Below are positions 63,173 through 64,000 of a DNA stretch of 64,000 nt, piece after piece. Position numbers and translations under genes: made by a program. This DNA comes from an uncultured Alistipes sp. (lineage in GTDB: Bacteria; Bacteroidota; Bacteroidia; Bacteroidales; Rikenellaceae). The notes beneath the pieces were generated by a model. The model was not told the DNA's origin. It saw only the letters and a list, made by a program, of their open reading frames with translations, and ran no database searches. The number at the start of each line of letters is the position of its first letter. Position 1 is the first letter of the stretch. The stretch covers positions 26,766 to 90,765 of the forward strand of contig CALVFO010000018.1 in the NCBI GenBank assembly GCA_944326855.1, read 5' to 3'.

Positions 63173-64000
63173 TTACAGACGGTCACTGTAAACCGCACCC
63201 GGCAAATCCTGCATATTGTAACGCGATGCCATACTCATGCCGTACGCACCCGCCGTACGCAGACTCAACAGATCGCCCCGACCCGTTGCGGGCAATTCGA
63301 CATCCCGCCCGAACACATCCGCCGACTCACAGATCGGCCCGACGATCATATAACTTTCGACCGGTCCCGATGAGGTCAGATTTTCGATTTTGTGATAGGC
63401 CTGATACAGAGCCGGACGCATCAGATCGTTCATCCCTCCGTCCACGACTGCGATACGAGTACCCGAAGCCGTCTGTTTGTTATACAACACCCGGGTGATC
63501 AACTCTCCACACTGAGCCACCAACGAACGCCCCAATTCGAAATGGACCGTCTGCCCGGCATCGACCTTCAACAGCCGATTCACCAAGGCAAAATAGGAGG
63601 CGAAATCGGCCACCGGGTGCCGGTCGGGATGATAATAATCGACGCCCAAACCGCCTCCCAGATTAATATGACGCAGGCGAATGCCCTGTTCTTCGAACCA
63701 GGACTTAATGTCATTCACCCGATGGCACAGATTTTCAAACACACTCATGTCCAGAATCTGGGATCCGACGTGAAAATGAAGTCCCACAATTTCCACATTC
63801 GGCAGAGAGGCCAGCGATGCGATCGCAGCATTGACCTCGGTATAAGAGATTCCGAATTTGGATTCCGACTGTCCGGTCGAGATATAACGATGCGTTCGAG
63901 GATCGACATTCGGATTGATCCGCAGGGCGATCCGGGCCTTGCGCCCCGCCTCACCCGCCAGAGCATTGATAATCTCCAATTCGTGAAGCGATTCCACATT
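63173..64000 (-). CDS. lysA: Diaminopimelate decarboxylase (N-terminal part lies beyond the window end)
   Basis: ORF 63173..63997 continues in frame to the window edge. HFHVGSQ, NLGGGLG, VGPICESAD and AGAYGMSMASRYN are motifs of group IV PLP decarboxylases of the LysA type. Confidence 0.9.
   Translation of the reverse strand, partial: NVESLHELEIINALAGEAGRKARIALRINPNVDPRTHRYISTGQSESKFGISYTEVNAAIASLASLPNVEIVGLHFHVGSQILDMSVFENLCHRVNDIKSWFEEQGIRLRHINLGGGLGVDYYHPDRHPVADFASYFALVNRLLKVDAGQTVHFELGRSLVAQCGELITRVLYNKQTASGTRIAVVDGGMNDLMRPALYQAYHKIENLTSSGPVESYMIVGPICESADVFGRDVELPATGRGDLLSLRTAGAYGMSMASRYNMQDLPGAVYSDRL

Overview
This 64-kb window reads as ordinary, densely coding chromosome from a GC-rich member of the Bacteroidota. 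That placement is inferred from an SusC/SusD pair, BACON, DUF1573 and DUF3332 proteins, a MurF-Alr fusion, an LptD/OstA-type protein and TAnnTTTG -7 promoter boxes. A Bacteroidales/Rikenellaceae-like host is only a guess. I can support 46 protein-coding genes (two cut by the window edges), one tRNA-Asn(GTT), about 15 rho-independent terminator hairpins, a few canonical Bacteroidota promoters and several short tandem repeats. Most genes are housekeeping (pheT, guaA, lysA, bioB/bioD, ispD, mutS2, murF-alr, lptD-like, dcp, cell-envelope enzymes). There are also transport and detoxification genes: a heterodimeric ABC exporter, MATE and MFS transporters, a nitroreductase, an aldo/keto reductase and an ATL protein. 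A loose glycan/peptide-foraging neighbourhood lies at 26.8-42.5 kb, with a BACON-M43 protease, a TAT-exported Gfo/Idh/MocA oxidoreductase, a beta-helix protein, an orphan SusC/SusD pair and a double SGNH esterase. I saw no CRISPR array, rRNA, transposase, integrase, phage gene or recognisable defence or toxin-antitoxin gene. I did not find a compelling, clearly novel multi-gene system. The most unusual items are: (1) a GlpT-type antiporter operonic with a glycerol-1-phosphate-dehydrogenase-like enzyme under a divergent DeoR regulator (1-3345); (2) an AT-rich islet holding a barrel-less CarboxypepD_reg plus plug-like orphan protein behind about 500 bp of non-coding DNA (57340-58667); (3) a roughly 580-bp AT-rich region upstream of a regulator-less SusC/SusD pair (35011-35589); (4) a polyprenyl synthase - U32 (exact CX6CX15CX3C motif) - flippase-like gene string (5765-9159); (5) an alkyltransferase-like (Cys to Ala) MGMT homologue (33460-33801). 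All functional calls are by-eye motif and family recognition from the supplied translations, and no searches were run. Many long ORFs in the track are antisense shadows of real genes in GC-rich DNA and were discarded.
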